A stretch of DNA of 64,000 bases from Antedon mediterranea (Eukaryota > Animalia > Echinodermata): NCBI RefSeq assembly GCF_964355755.1, contig NC_092673.1, positions 5,766,001 to 5,830,000 of the forward strand. The letters run 5' to 3'. Each line of letters begins with the position of its first letter. Within the stretch, counting starts at the first letter, position 1. The notes below the pieces were generated by a model. That model was not told the DNA's origin. It did not search any database and saw only the letters and a list, made by a program, of their open reading frames with translations. This document shows positions 1 to 12,672 of this stretch, piece by piece. The position numbers and the translations under genes are program-made.

Positions 1-384
1 AATAGCTTTAATAATAGCTGAAAACTGGTTGAACAGCTAGAGTACAGCATCATAATGTTGAAGACAGGCCGATTTTCTTAAAAAAATACTATTTTGATAG
101 ATTTAATATACGATTATACAAATGTATTGATTTGCGATGAATGGAACATCCCAATCTCTCAGTCTGCCAGAGTTTGGTTTAACACAAGTAGGTAAATTTA
201 TGAGCTCTTGGTTTAACACATACGGTAGGTAAATATATAGGCCCTTTGAGAATAAACTTGCAATACTTTGACAATACTGTAAATACCTATTAACTATTTT
301 TGGCCCGATTTTTGGTCCTCATTTGAATCGAACATTTCTTACTGTGAATGTTCGTACTGAAAGATGTAGTATAAAAATATATAC

Positions 385-3300
385 AAACTAGAATTTAATT
401 CGTCACTCTGACGAATTATAGGTGATCATTTTTATCATTTTAATGAAATTAAACATGCATGTACGTTAACATACGATCGTTAAAAGTTGATGTACGCCAT
501 CCTATGACATGATGCTTACGCTTATAGTGCTGAGTTGTGCCTATTATATGCCACATTATGTACAGTATATACTGTATATCTATATACAGTGTAGCATAGG
601 TGAAATTACGGGACACACATCATGTTCCAATTTTTTGATATGATGGAATTATCAAAATAAACTCAAAGATGACAATTTTGAAAGATAATGAATTGAGCAA
701 ATAAATATAAGAATTGGAAGAAAATTTGGCACGTAGAAGCGCTGTACGCGCTCTTTGAAATTTGTATAACTTTTACGAAAAAGATGAAAATACTACTTTT
801 TAACTTCAACTGGCCATATGTTAACGTCACAACATCCAATAGGCTTGATTTTTATATGAATTCATATCTACATTTCATCAGCTTTCATAATAAATTATAA
901 TCATCAAGGTAAGCTTTAATTCTGAAGAGCTGTAAGATATTCAAATTTACGGTGAAGGTGAAATTACACGACCTATTTTAATCAAGTTTTTACGCGTGAT
1001 GACGTCATCAAAATAAAAGTAGTGGCAAGTCATAAGAAAGTCAATTAATTGAGCAATCACATACTGAAAATTGAGCGAAAACCGGGCACAAAGTAACAGA
1101 GATGCGTTTTATTAAATGTGAAAAAGAATGACAAAAGAGAAAAATAACTTAATTTTAAATTCAAGTGGCCATTTGATGACGTAAACAAATTTTGTACGTA
1201 AAATGTGTACATGAATTCATATCTAAAACTCAACGGCTTCCAGAAAAAGTTAAAAAAATTGGGGGTCATCGTGCATTCTGAAGAATTATTTTCATTTTAA
1301 AATTGCCTTATTTTTCACCATTTTCAACACTTTGATGCAATTAATTTGCGCATTTTGTCATTTTGAACCTGCACGTAAAGCGTTATTTTATATCGGAACT
1401 GACTCAAATTTGATGAATGTACTAAAGATGGTGAGTAGAATGCGATTTGTAAAAAAAATCGTATTTTTTACGCTTTTTAAGTATCGCGCGCGGAAAAATT
1501 TTTTTTTGCGCAGTAATTTTTTGAAACACGCAAATGGCCTAATTCATGCTCTAAATTGATCAAAACTGAATTTTGAGGTTTTTTAATTTTTAAAGCGCGA
1601 TTTCACGCGCATGATCCTACGTGTGCGTGCGTTTTTATTTGCTAATATTTTTACCCTTGACCTGAAGTTTACGTTTAGTGAATTACATTAATATGTGATA
1701 ATTAATTATGGAGATATGATTGATAATGTGTTTTCACAAAATGGCGTATAAATTACGTCACGGTTGAGTGATCACGCTGAAAAGCTTATTAGAACTAAGT
1801 TAAAGTATTTGAAAGACATTGTGAAATTTTGATAATCATTGACATTAAACTTTTTGAGATATCTGTTACACAAAATCTGTACAGAAAGTAATAAATAACT
1901 AGACATGTAACTCGTCACTTTGACGAGTTTGGTTATCCGCCGCGCAAGTGGTGCAACATTAACATTAAGGGGATAGGTTGAGGACAAAAGGAAGTGTTCA
2001 CGTTGGCATTATGACCTGAACTGAAGAATATGATATGTTGTTATTGCTGAATTTTATTATTTAAATTCATATATAGTATACACAGTCTAATCTGTATCCA
2101 TATCACATACAGTGTAGAATAGGTGAAATTACGGGACCCGCTATTTATTGCAATTTTTAACATGTTGACGGTTTTAAAATGAAACGCGAAGGTAGCAATT
2201 CCGAAAGTAAATTATCTCAGCAACAACGTATTAGCGTGTAGAAGAAATTTGAATACGTGAAATATTGATGCGCGCTCTTTTAAATGTAATGAATTATGAC
2301 GCAAAAGATGAAAATACGACCTTTTTTATTTAACTGGCCATATGATGACGTCACAACATCCGATTGGCAACATTTTAACATAATTTCGTATCTACAATCC
2401 AATAGCTTCCAGAAAAAGTTTTAATCGTGATTATCACATTTTATTCTTACGAGCTATAACAGATTAAAATTTACTGTAAAGATGAAATTGATGCCACACG
2501 TGATTTCAATTTTTAGGCATGATGACGTCATAAAAATTAAAATATTTTTCACTCATGCGAAAGATAGTTGATTGACCTAGACAATATCAAAATCGGGGTG
2601 AAAATGGAAAACGGATAAGTGGAGATGCGCTCTATTCAATGTGATGAGCTATGACGAAAGATACAAAAATCCTAAATTTTATATTCGCGTGGCCATACGA
2701 TGACGTCACAATGTCCGGTTAGCCATATTAATACCTGATCCGATATCTACAACTCATCTACTTCCAGAATATGCCATCCACAAAAAGTTGACCGTTTAGT
2801 TTAGAAATTACGACTGTTTAAAAAAAGGCATATTTTAAACGAATTTTTTAACCTTTTCATAAAAAACGCGCGCAAATTGTCCAATTCGACGTGCTCGTAT
2901 GACGTATCTTTAAGTCGAAATTGTTAAAAATTTGGTAAAATTACATGAAAAGGCTGGAAAAACATAAATCACGCGAAAAAAATACGTTTTCAATGCTACG
3001 TGCGCACCGCACACGTAAAAATGTGCGCACGCGTGGGAATTTTTTACATGCTTAAAACGACATGAAACGCGTAGAAAGTTGATTATAAATTAGTTTCGCG
3101 CATTTTGAAATTTTAAATGCGCGTGCGCGCGTAACTTTGTGTAAAACACGCAATTTTTTTTCAACAGAAAGTTAGCGCATGATATAAATTAAACTTTTGC
3201 AAAGTTTCAAGTTGAAATGTTATTTGGTTTTCGACATATGTTCAATACGAGAAAATCGTTAAATCGCGCGTACGTCACTTTGCGCAATTGTAAACATCAT

Positions 3301-6300
3301 GAAAAGCTTCGCTTGACGACGTTACATAAATGTCAAAATGTTAACATAGTTAACAAAATGTTATGTTTGCAAGTTTCAGAGAAAAGCGTTACACAAAAAT
3401 CATACAGAAAGAAAGAAGAAGAATAAAAAGTTGATGATGATGATGATTTCGTACAATCACAAGAGGTTATCCTGCAACTTCGTTGCGGATAACCAACTAG
3501 ACATGTAACTCGTCACTTTGACGAGTTTGGTTATCCGCCGCGCAAGTGGTGCAACATTAACATTAAGGGCCGGGGATAGGTTGAGGACAAAAGGAAGTGT
3601 TCACGTTGGCATTATGATCTGAACTGAAGAATATGATATGTTGTTATTGCTGAATTTTATTATTTAAATTCATATATAGTATACACAGTATATTCTGTAT
3701 CCATATCACATACAGTGACATACAGTGTAGAATAGGTGAAATTACGGGACCTGCTATTTATTGCAATTTTTAACATGTTGACGGTTTTAAAATAAAACGC
3801 GAAGGTAGCAATTCCGAAAGGAAATTATCTCAGCAACAACGTATTAGCGTGTAGAAGAAATTTGAATACGTGAAATATTGATGCGCGCTCTTTTAAATGT
3901 AATGAATTATGACGCAAAAGATGAAAATACGACCTTTTTTATTTAACTGGCCATATGATGACGTCACAACATCCGATTGGCAACATTTTTACATAATTTC
4001 GTATCTACAATCCAATAGCTTCCAGAAAAAGTTTTAATCGTGATTATCACATTTTATTCTTACGAGCTATAACAGATTAAAATTTACTGTAAAGATGAAA
4101 TTGATGCCACACGTGATTTAAATTTTTAGGCATGATGAGGTCAAAAAAATTAAAATATTTTTAACTCATGCGAAAGATAGTTGATTGACCTAGACAATAT
4201 CAAAATCAGGGTGAAAATGGAAAACGAATAGGTGGAGATGCGCTCTATTCAATGTGATGAGTTATGACGAAAGATACAAAAATCCTAAATTTTATATTCG
4301 CGTGGCCATACGATGACGTCACAATGTCCGGTTAGCCATATTAATACCTGATCCGATATCTACAACTCATCTACTTCCAGAATATGTCATCCACAAAAAG
4401 TTGACCGTCTAGTTTAGAAATTACGACTGTTTAAAAAAAGGCATATTTTAAACGAATTTTTTAACCTTTTCATAAAAAACGCGCGCAAATTGTCCAATTC
4501 GACGTGCTCGTATGACGTATCTTTAAGTCGAAATTGTTTAAAATTTGGTAAAATTGCTAGAAAAGGCTGGAAAAACATAAATCACGCGAAAAAAATACGT
4601 TTTCAATGCTACGTGCGCACCGCACACGTAAAAATGTGCGCACGCGTGGGAATTTTTGACATGCTTAAAACGACATAAAACGCGTAGAAAGTTGATTATA
4701 AATTAATTTTGCGCATTTTGAAATTTTAAATACGCGTGCGCGCGTAACTTTGTGTAAAACACGCAATTTTTTTTCAACAGAAAGTTAGCGCATGATATAA
4801 ATTAAACTTTTGCAAAGTTTCACTTTAAAATGTTATTTGGTTTTCGACATATGTTAGATACGAGAAAATCGTTAAATCGCGCGTACGTCACGTTGCGCAA
4901 TTGTAAACATCATGAAAAGCTTCGCTTGACGACGTTACATAAATGTCAAAATGTTAACATAGTTACCGAAATGTTATGTTTGCGAGTTTTAGAGAAAAGC
5001 GTTACACAAAAATCATACAGAAAGAAAGAAGAAGAATAAAAAGTTGATGATGATGATGATGATGATGATGATTTCGTACAATCACAAGAGGTTATCCTGC
5101 AACTTCGTTGCGGATAACCAACTAGACATGTAACTCGTCACTTTGACGAGTTTGGTTATCCGCCGCGCAAGTGGTGCAACATTAACATTAAGGGAATAGG
5201 TTGAGGACAAAAGAAAGTGTTCACGTTGGCATTATGACCTGAACTTAAGAATATGATATGTTGTTATTGCTGAATTTTATTATTTAAATTCATATATAGT
5301 ATACACAGTATAATCTGTATCCATATCACATACAGTGTAGAATAGGTGAAATTACGGGACCCGCTATTTATTGCAATTTTTAACATGTTGACGGTTTTAA
5401 AATGAAACGCGAAGGTAGCAATTCCGAAAGGAAATTATCTCAGCAACAACGTATTAGCGTGTAGAAGAAATTTGAATACGTGAAATATTGATGCGCGCTC
5501 TTTTAACTGTAATGAATTATGACGCAAAAGATGAAAATACGACCTTTTTTATTTAACTGGCTATATGATGACGTCACAACATCCGATTGGCAACATTTTT
5601 ACATAATTTCGTATCTACAATCCAATAGCTTCCAGAAAAAGTTTTAATCGTGATTATCACATTTTATTCTTACGAGCTATAACAGATTAAAATTTACTGT
5701 AAAGATGAAATTAATGCCACACGTGATTTAAATTTTTAGGCACGATGACGTCAAAAAAATTAAAATATTTTTAACTCATGCGAAAGATAGTTGATTGACC
5801 TAGACAATATCAAAATCGGGGTGAAAATGGAAAACAGATAAGTGGAGATGCGCTCTATTCAATGTGATGAGCTATGACGAAAGATACAAAATCCTAAATT
5901 TTATATTTGCGTGGCCATACGATGACGTCACAGTGTCCGGTTAGCCATATTAATACCTGATCCGATATCTACAACTCATCTACTTCCAGAAAATGCCATC
6001 CACAAAAAGTTGACCGTCTAGTTTAGAAATTACGACTGTTTTAAAAAAGGCATATTTTAAACGAATTTTTTAACGTTTTAATAAAAAACGCGCGCAAATT
6101 GTCCAATTCGACGTGCTCGTATGACGTATCTTTAAGTCAAAATTGTTTAAAATTTGGTAAAAATACTAGAAAAGGCTGGAAAAACATAAATCACGTGAAA
6201 AAAATACGTTTTCAATGCTACGTGCGCACCGCACACGTAAAAATGTGCGCACGCGTGGGAATTTTTGACATGCTTAAAATGACATGAAACGCGTAGAAAG

Positions 6301-6364
6301 TTGATTATAAAACAATAGGTGATCATTTTATTCTAAATGATCACCTAACTAAATGATCACCTAA
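385..6364 (-). mobile_element. Older Helentron-associated (HINE/DINE-1-like) element hosting the tandem array
   Basis: Left end AAACTAG, stem-loop AATTCGTCACTCTGACGAATT and subterminal TAGGTGATC. Right end palindrome TAGGTGATCATTTTATTCTAAATGATCACCTA (~6316-6347). The body (590-1890) is a diverged relative of the array unit. Confidence 0.65.
1897..6311 (-). repeat. Tandem array of ~1.6-kb Helentron/DINE-like units (1897-3494, 3495-5119, truncated 5120-6311)
   Basis: Near-identical units each start AACTAGACATGTAACTCGTCACTTTGACGAGTT (stem-loop) + GGTTATCCGC. The two complete units end with (GAA)n/(GAT)n and the palindrome GGTTATCCTGCAACTTCGTTGCGGATAACC. Confidence 0.9.
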
Positions 6365-7224
6365 TAAACTTTATTACTGAGATTGTGGATAGACTCTACT
6401 GTTAGATATATAAACACATTATTATATACAAATAAACGTTATACTGACAGTTCCTTCTCAACGTTTGTATTAATTAATAATTACCAATAATATAAATGTC
6501 GTAGTGGTGTATCGTGACATGTACTTTAATATTTCAATCGATTATGACAGTGACAGTTTTAACAAAGTATTAAATCGCAAATGTTTTACTGTATTTAGAG
6601 GTATATTACTTACAGGCCTATAAAACATGAACAAAATATTTCGTTACTGAGTGGATAAAGAATATATTTAAAAATTGTTCCTCTTTGTACCTATCCGCTT
6701 TCCCACCCTCAACCCTAATGTTACATACAAAACACAAATTGGGTTTCTTTAAATGAGTCCAAATCAAAAATTTGGACTCATTTTGTGATAAGTTTCTCCT
6801 TCGGAAGTAATTCCCAGGGTGCTAATTTTAGTTGACTACATAAATCATCGTGTCTATTTATTCGTTTCTGTAAACGACAATGTATTGTAGTCCTGCGGTA
6901 CGTACATTTGAAATCGCCAGTTTTGTTACGCTGAAATTATTGTGTATTCGAGAACCATCTGTGGGCACGACCTAGATGGTACGGGAGCGAAGCGAGCGTA
7001 CCATCTAGTTATTTCCAATTCAAGATTTAATTATAGGCCTACATGATTGGAAATTATATAAAGTGTATCCAACAGTTTGAGTCAACTTATTGGGAATTAT
7101 TTTGTCTACAAATACAAAGTTATTAAATCTATCTCCTTATAACACAATGCAAACTGTGTTATCTATCTATCTATCTATCTATCTACTTCATATTTTGAGA
7201 TTAAAGTCAATTTTAGTAAAAGAT

Positions 7225-7498
7225 CAAACAAAAGAGGAAGTCATTAATTGTTACTATCCTGGTTTTCTTACAACCATCACAAACAAACATTAGATATTGA
7301 ACTATTTATCATTAGAAATGATGTGTGTACATTGCAGTGAACTTGGTACCCGACATTGTGCAATAACACTTTTATAACAGAAGTATCATCAGACGATACG
7401 GGCATTCAGCTGATTACAAACACGTAACAAGTACGCATGAAAACCCAGTCCTTATTGAAAGATCATTGAATAATTTTAAATAGTTGGAAAGAACAAAG
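7225..7498 (+). promoter_or_regulatory. Candidate promoter and non-coding first exon of gene A
   Basis: Strong donor AAG|GTAAGT at 7498/7499. Homologous to 35335-35586 upstream of TRIM C (shared AGGAAGTC and TGTGTACATTGCAGT.AACTT). Confidence 0.45.
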
Positions 7499-7724
7499 GT
7501 AAGTAACGTTTTCTACAACTATAATTTTGTAATGAGGTTCTATAACATATTTTGTATTATTTGTTAATTTGGGCATTATAGTGGGTTACTTAGATTTGTT
7601 GGTTGGTGGTTAAATTACTGTACGTCATGTGTGTACATTTCCATTATGAATGTAACAGCTGTAATCTTCACTTATACTCATAATCAAATAAATTTCTTAT
7701 GAAAAATAGTACGTAATATATGAT

Positions 7725-8308
7725 TTGTCCCACACTCAAGTGAAATCAGACATTAAGTTGGAATTTTCACAAATACTGAAACTGCATAATCCAAGATTTC
7801 AAATACTGACAAAAATATCTTGATACCATGATATACTTCGAGAGATATCACAGTCTAAAGTTTTGGTTGTTACAATCAGTGTTTTGAGAAAAATGCTTTT
7901 AAAGTTAACTAACAGGAAATGACAAGTACACCTACAGTTTATGCCTTAGTAAAGGGGTATTCTAATTGTTGTATTTCAATGAAACTTCGCACCTTTGTTC
8001 ATTAACTATTGTTCTATTATTAAGCTCAATTTTTATTAAAAACAATCCATGAGAACATTTCTAATTTAAGCATAAAACATGATAGGTATTATGAAAATCA
8101 CACACAATTTACACTATTTTTTAACCAACAGACGACACAAAATGTTACAATTCCTGCATTTATTTGTATAAAAATAGAAAAACACCAAGGTAATGTAATT
8201 AAATACTGTTTCAACTATCATTTTCTGGTTAAAAGCCTTTTATTGTTTTTGGCTGTCAATACAAAACTACCTATGCGACTTATGTCTGATTTCACTGAGA
8301 GTGCCACA
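7725..8308. mobile_element. MITE-like element with imperfect ~30-bp terminal inverted repeats in intron 1 of gene A
   Basis: CACACTCAAGTGAAATCAGACATTAAGTTG (7731-7760) versus CGACTTATGTCTGATTTCACTGAGAGTG (8276-8303). No TSD resolved. Confidence 0.55.
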
Positions 8309-8345
8309 TTTATTGTTTCTTTTCAGTAGTACAATATTTGGTAAA

Positions 8346-8865
8346 ATGGCAGACAAGTTTTCGTCATTGAAAAACAATCTAAGTAAGCACTATGATGGGG
8401 ACAAACCACTACTTTCATTGAAAGTCTGTCTGTTTGATCATTTGAATTTAGAAGACATCACTGAACCAAAACACACTGCACTTGATTTATTTAATAAGCT
8501 AGATGAAAAAGGTATTATCACTCCAACTAATGTTAAACTACTTCATGATATTGTCATACTATCACAATTGAGGAAAGCAATCTATCTGGTAGATCAGTAT
8601 ATGAAAGGCAATGAGCAAAGTACAGAGGATTATCAACAGTTGTCAGCATACAGGGTAAGACTGTGCAAGGCATTGAAAGAAGTTGACCCAGAATCCTTCA
8701 AGAAAGTTATTTCTAGCTATAAACTAAATGACTACAATTTTCAAAATTGTTGGGCTGCAGTTCTTTGTCTGGAACTGAATGGAGAATTAGCTGATAGACC
8801 AGACAAAATAAAAGGTTTTGCTAATCACCTTGGACAACGTGCACAGAACATATTGCTGGATCAAG
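8346..8865 (+). CDS. Gene A coding exon 1: tandem death effector domain (DED-DED)-like
   Basis: Acceptor TTTTCAG at 8326, ATG at 8346, phase-1 donor G|GTATGT at 8865. TALDLFNKLDEKGII...NVKLL fits DED1, and QLSAYRVRL recalls the caspase-8 DED2 start (ISAYRVML). Confidence 0.8.
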
Positions 8866-9573
8866 GTATGTACAGTATAAGATAGATGTTTGAACATTGC
8901 ATTTTCTTTATTGATGAATATTGTAGTGTATAACATAAAATGAATGAAATGGGGCTGCATTGCATCAACAAAGTTTTTTTTATTTTTTATATTAAAATCG
9001 GTTTTTAAAAATATTTGTGACTGTCCTCTTGGTTGAATTTAAATATGGAACTATAGGAGCTAGGAACTAGTAACCAACTTCACAGACATTTATATTTCAT
9101 TTGTTTAATTTTGTAGAATGATGTATTTACGTTTCTTGTATATAACCCATATTTTTGTCATTTGACTGGAGGATTGTGGGTCAATATTCAATAGACATAC
9201 ACTTTTGAACTCTAACATTAGAGTGCAATATTCTTGTTACGTTACACAGTTACTAGCAAACGTGTGACGCAAGGCTAGGCTGTTGAATTCACATTCTAAA
9301 ATCAATTTGTAGTGTCACATTGTCTATAATTGTTCTACTCCGCGTCCAATTGGATTGCTAACCTCTCTAACTGTTTAGGCCTTCCTCTGGTCTCTTTTTA
9401 AAAGTTTGTGTGTTATAAAACAAATAATGAATAATTATAATAATGTTTTATATTCTTGGAATGCTACAAATATTTCTTGAAATTATTGTACCAATGCACT
9501 CATTCAATATTTGTATACTATTAGTCAAATTTTTTAGGTGTTTAGTAAACTAAAATTATACTTTTTTTTAAAG

Positions 9574-9918
9574 ATGTAAAACTTGCTATCACTGTCAATT
9601 CAACGTCTAATCTCAACTTCCTAAATGAATGTGAAGATGCTGTTAAGCAAGAGAAAGAGTTGAACCAAACTATATTGCCATCGATCGAAATCAAAGGATT
9701 GGGAATCAACAATCCAAAGGCATCATTACTTTTTCGTCTGTGTACAAACAATCGAATAGCTTTAAAAGAATTAATGGACATGCATGCAGAAGATGAACTA
9801 ATCAATGGGTTAGCTGACATTTTAAAACCCCAAAATAGAAAGAAGTTTGTTCAAGACTGGAAAACCTGCATGGAATTTGAGGAATACAAAGTTGCTTTAA
9901 AGAAACTCAAGGATAAAG
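9574..9918 (+). CDS. Gene A coding exon 2: diverged TRADD-N-like domain
   Basis: Acceptor TTTTTTAAAG| at 9573, phase 1-1, 345 nt, open. ASLLFRL...ALKELMDMH...LADIL...EEYKVALKKL parallels exon 4. Confidence 0.65.
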
Positions 9919-10142
9919 GTATAATCTAATTGAGAAAATTGACTAATATGTAGACAAATTAAAAATATACCAATAACGTGTTGGTAGATTTAATAAGAGT
10001 CATCAATGCCTTTAACAGGACACTGTCATTTTTTGTTAACCTTTTACAGATAAGACAAGGCATTTACCACATTTATAAGAAAAATTGAAGTACATTATTA
10101 TGTAATTACTAAATTAATTTCTTCAATAAATTTACCTTACAG

Positions 10143-10181
10143 ATGACTATTCACCAAACAGTGGACAAGAAACATATGATG
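10143..10181 (+). CDS. Gene A coding exon 3: 39-nt linker (DDYSPNSGQETYD)
   Basis: CCTTACAG| acceptor and G|GTATAA donor, phase 1-1, open frame. Confidence 0.55.
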
Positions 10182-10755
10182 GTATAAATATCTGTTATTA
10201 TAAAATGTTCCTTTTAATAAAAGAATCATTTTTAGAAGCCTGGTTGGCAATCTCTTTTCTCTCTTATCTTTTGATTAAATTATGTTATTGAAAAAAAAAA
10301 AACCTGTCCACACCACTAGACAATTTTAATTGCTTGTTGGGCATAGTCAGACTTGTATTTGGAGAGAGGGTATTATGTCAATGAGGAAAATATGTGCAAA
10401 CTTCTACAAAAAGGTTTTCAAATATGGCTTAAATTGTAGTACAATATTCTATTTTCTTTTTGGCTTATGAAAAGTGCAATTTCCAGTCAATATTTTAAAA
10501 TATTTCTATGGTTGGGGTATAAGTGGTCAATATTTTCAATCTCACATCCAACTGCAAATTTTTACTTTGGCCTACAAAGTGGGCAATTGGATTGGCACTA
10601 TTTTGAACATTTTAATCGTAGTACAGGTATCACCTAATTTTTAGTGAAAGAGTACAATTTCTACAAATCAGAGGTTCGTATTCTAAAAATTTAAGCATAT
10701 CTTAAGAAGCTTGGTGAACCTTAATAACAATTATTCACTTTTTTTTTTATTTAAG

Positions 10756-11151
10756 GTGTGGAAATAGTAGTTGGCCTAACTCTTGTTGAAAAATCAGTCA
10801 GTGACAGTGAGAACACGCCTGCACTGAACCTCCTCTTCAGATTAATGGATCAACAGAGAGGGTGGAGTCCAACAGATGTTACTAAAGCTTCTGAAACAAT
10901 GAAGAGTCTTGATGATTATTTTTCAACAATGCATATTACATTTGAGAAAGTAGAAACTGGAAGTATTGTATTGTATCTAAAGCTACATGACTCTGAAGCA
11001 CTGACAAATATATGGAAAATGTATTCTACTGAAAAGCTGCATCAAGATTTGGGACCAATATTAGTAAAAGATCAACACCAAAAACAACTGATTGATATTA
11101 CAATTCATGAAATGGATTACAGAAGCGCACTGAAAAAACTAGAAGAATTTG
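10756..11151 (+). CDS. Gene A coding exon 4: TRADD-N-like domain
   Basis: T-rich acceptor TTTAAG|, donor G|GTAAGA, phase 1-1, 396 nt. Motif VETGSIVLYL...EALTNIWKMYSTEKLHQDL...ITIHEMDY matches the GS-hydrophobic...L..LW..Y..G.L...L pattern of invertebrate TRADD-N-like domains. Confidence 0.75.
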
Positions 11152-11498
11152 GTAAGAAGTTATATTTTATGTAGCAGCAGTTCTGATAGGAATACAGTAC
11201 AGTATAAAGTGTATAACATGTAGTAGTACAACATGTAATTCCTAGTAAAAAGAAAATAAATGTCTTGATGTTTTGATACTTATGCTGTTTTAAGTCACAA
11301 TACAACATTGTTTTTCTTTAGGTAAAGCCATAATACAGAACTGGATTATGATATTTAAAAAATCAATAACATTTTTTTTCTTCTCTATTGTTGGCTGAAA
11401 CTTTTTTTACCCTAATGTGTTAGACAAAATCCAACAACAATTCTGAATAACTAAACGGGCAAAGAAAATAATCTTAAAGAAAAGAAAATGATATAGTG

Positions 11499-11854
11499 AG
11501 TGAGTGGCCGAGCGGTTAAGACAGTGGAACCGTAATTACGTAGCCATAACATCGGCAAGGGTTCGAGGCTCACTCGCTCCATGGTTCTGGTGGTAGAACG
11601 AGTCTTCTCGGATAAGGACTATAAACCGTAGGTCCAGTGTACACATAGCTCATGCGCACTTTAAAGAACCTAGTACATCTTTCGAGACGAGTAGGGGGTT
11701 ACCCCGGTGTACTAGTCCACACAAACACAGCCACTGTCACACACAGCCACTGTGCAAATTGGGACTGGACCGTTTTAGAGGTGTTTACCACCTGTTGGTC
11801 CAGATCCTTCACTAACTGAGTTAGTGAGAAGTCGAATAAAAAAAAATAAAAAAA
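11499..11854 (+). mobile_element. tRNA-derived SINE with Deu/Nin-like core domain
   Basis: Box A TGGCCGAGCGG and box B GGTTCGAGGCT. Core TCGGATAAGGACTATAAACCGTAGGTCC...TTAAAGAACC...GAGTAGGGGGTTACCCCGGTGT. A-rich tail, and possible TSD ATAGTG (11493-11498 / 11855-11860). Confidence 0.8.
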
Positions 11855-12607
11855 ATAGTGTATGATCAATTCTTAAATGTCCATGTTATTATTAGGTCAT
11901 AATTAATATGTTGGTCCCAACATAAGTCAGTGAATAAAAAAAAACCAAGTGGAAAAAAAAGATTTTGTACAATCACATAATAATGATGGGAGGTGTAGGG
12001 CGCCCACATGGATTTGAGATGTTTTGTGCGGATGAGGAGAACGCACAGGAGGGGAGATGAACACGACGAATGGAGTTGAGTGAACGTTTCCGAGTAATCA
12101 GTGATGTGTATATTACTTGTTAATTAATAATTTGATGTTTTAAGAGGTATAATACGATGGTTGACAATAGAATTTGAGTGTGAAGATGTTTACTGTAGTT
12201 TGAACTTACATCGGGTGTAAAGGATTTCATAGATTTAAAGTAGATTACTAGACGAAAAGTTTTGTTATTTTGCTTTCAATGTTATCAACGGATCAAGATC
12301 AGTGGAGTCTTACTGATTGGAATTGTTTTAGTTCAAAGACAAGGAATTATTGATACTGTTGTGTACTACTTATTAAACTGTTGCAAAATTTTATACTTAA
12401 TTGTATTCACTTTATTTGGATTCTATACGATCTGTCGGGGCTATACATATTGATAACCCCACTCCCCTCATTACGACAATAATTGATGGATTAAAAGAAG
12501 TATAAAAAACACAATGTGCTTAAATATATTAAATACTGTATTAGCTTCATCATTGCATCACTAAATTGTCAAAGTAGCCAATCACATATTATGTTTTATC
12601 TTTTCAG

Positions 12608-12672
12608 AACAAACTAATAGACAACCTACAATGAGTACTGCTACATCAGTAACAGATAACCCTGACACACAG
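12608..12672 (+). CDS. Gene A coding exon 5: S/T-rich linker converting phase 1 to phase 0 (EQTNRQPTMSTATSVTDNPDTQ)
   Basis: TTTTCAG| acceptor, CAG|GTAAAT donor, 65 nt. A homologous exon lies at 52340-52407. Confidence 0.7.

Larger units (their letters stand above)
1..7008 (+). mobile_element. Non-autonomous Helitron-like element, copy A (5' end outside window; interrupted by nested Helentron-like elements at 385-6364)
   Basis: 1-265 matches 17613-17938 of copy C. The 3' end has the hairpin CTAGATGGTACG-GGAGCGAAGCGAG-CGTACCATCTAG, ending CTAG (7005-7008) followed by T. 6610-6960 is shared with copies B and D. Confidence 0.7.

Noticed and set aside
3217-6287. Repeated 62-69 aa ORFs (3217, 4490, 4830, 6099) as a small gene family
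   Set aside because: They recur only because they lie in the tandem Helentron-like units; there are no domain motifs and no splice support.
9531-9545. Alternative acceptor TTTTTAG at 9537 for gene A exon 2
   Set aside because: It gives Gly-Val-stop in phase 1; the acceptor at 9573 keeps the frame open.
11978-12478. Possible solo LTR or TIR element (TAATGATGGGAG ... CTCCCCTCATTACGACA)
   Set aside because: The left end is degenerate, and there is no TSD or second copy in the window, so it cannot be supported.
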